Origin: Antedon mediterranea | Taxonomy: Eukaryota; Animalia; Echinodermata | Assembly: GCF_964355755.1 (NCBI RefSeq) | Contig: NC_092677.1 | Location: 5,106,101 to 5,170,100 of the forward strand | DNA length: 64,000 nt | Reading direction: 5' to 3' | Shown here: piece after piece, positions 63,697-64,000 of the stretch | How positions within the stretch are numbered: position 1 is the first letter of the stretch | How the letters are laid out: the number at the start of each line of letters is the position of its first letter | The notes under the pieces: generated by a model | What the model was told of the DNA's origin: nothing | Database searches by the model: none | What the model saw: only the letters and a program-made list of their open reading frames with translations | Position numbers and translations under genes: made by a program

Positions 63697-64000
63697 GTAT
63701 GTTTTTACTGTTTCAATTAATTGCTAGCATACAGTACAGATAATAAATACTGCAACATTGGGACGCGTAGACTACGTTTCGTACGCGTGGCAACTTCGTA
63801 GGTTTCGCGTGGCGTAATCTACGCAAGCTAACATGCTACGCGTAGTCTACGCGTAGCCTACGAAGCGAGAGCTAGGAGGGGAAATCCCAATGTTCAGATT
63901 ATTGTGTACTGTGCTGCATGCACCACACACGGAATTAGTTAACGAATTTGAATACTAGTTTTCATCAAATTTAAAATGCGAGTTAATTACTGTGAAGTAA

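Overview
AT-rich eukaryotic (invertebrate metazoan-like) nuclear DNA with spliced genes and many transposon relics. The centre of the window holds two tandem paralogous minus-strand genes that I assembled by hand from splice sites and intron phases. Both start with a nearly identical intronless ZAK/MLK-type (TKL group) kinase exon followed by a short linker exon that converts phase 0 to phase 1, and they then differ completely. Gene A (59150->53003, 9 coding exons, predicted 646 aa) continues in frame into a JAK-type (JH1-like) tyrosine kinase domain. This makes a tandem kinase, and decayed Ig exons lie just behind it. Gene B (39065->11608) continues into 39 near-identical phase 1-1 immunoglobulin exons (14880-35874, arranged in higher-order repeats and mosaics) plus a divergent terminal Ig exon. 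That is up to about 4,400 aa, with no signal peptide or transmembrane segment visible. The locus looks like a modular system of kinase plus exchangeable C-terminal module, possibly an intracellular immune-type receptor family (inference). The flanks contain a 5'-truncated LINE with a 15-bp TSD, Helentron-like elements, MITEs, a tRNA-derived SINE, two Penelope-type hammerhead motifs, and WD40 and SAM exon fragments. Gene models are unverified by transcript data.
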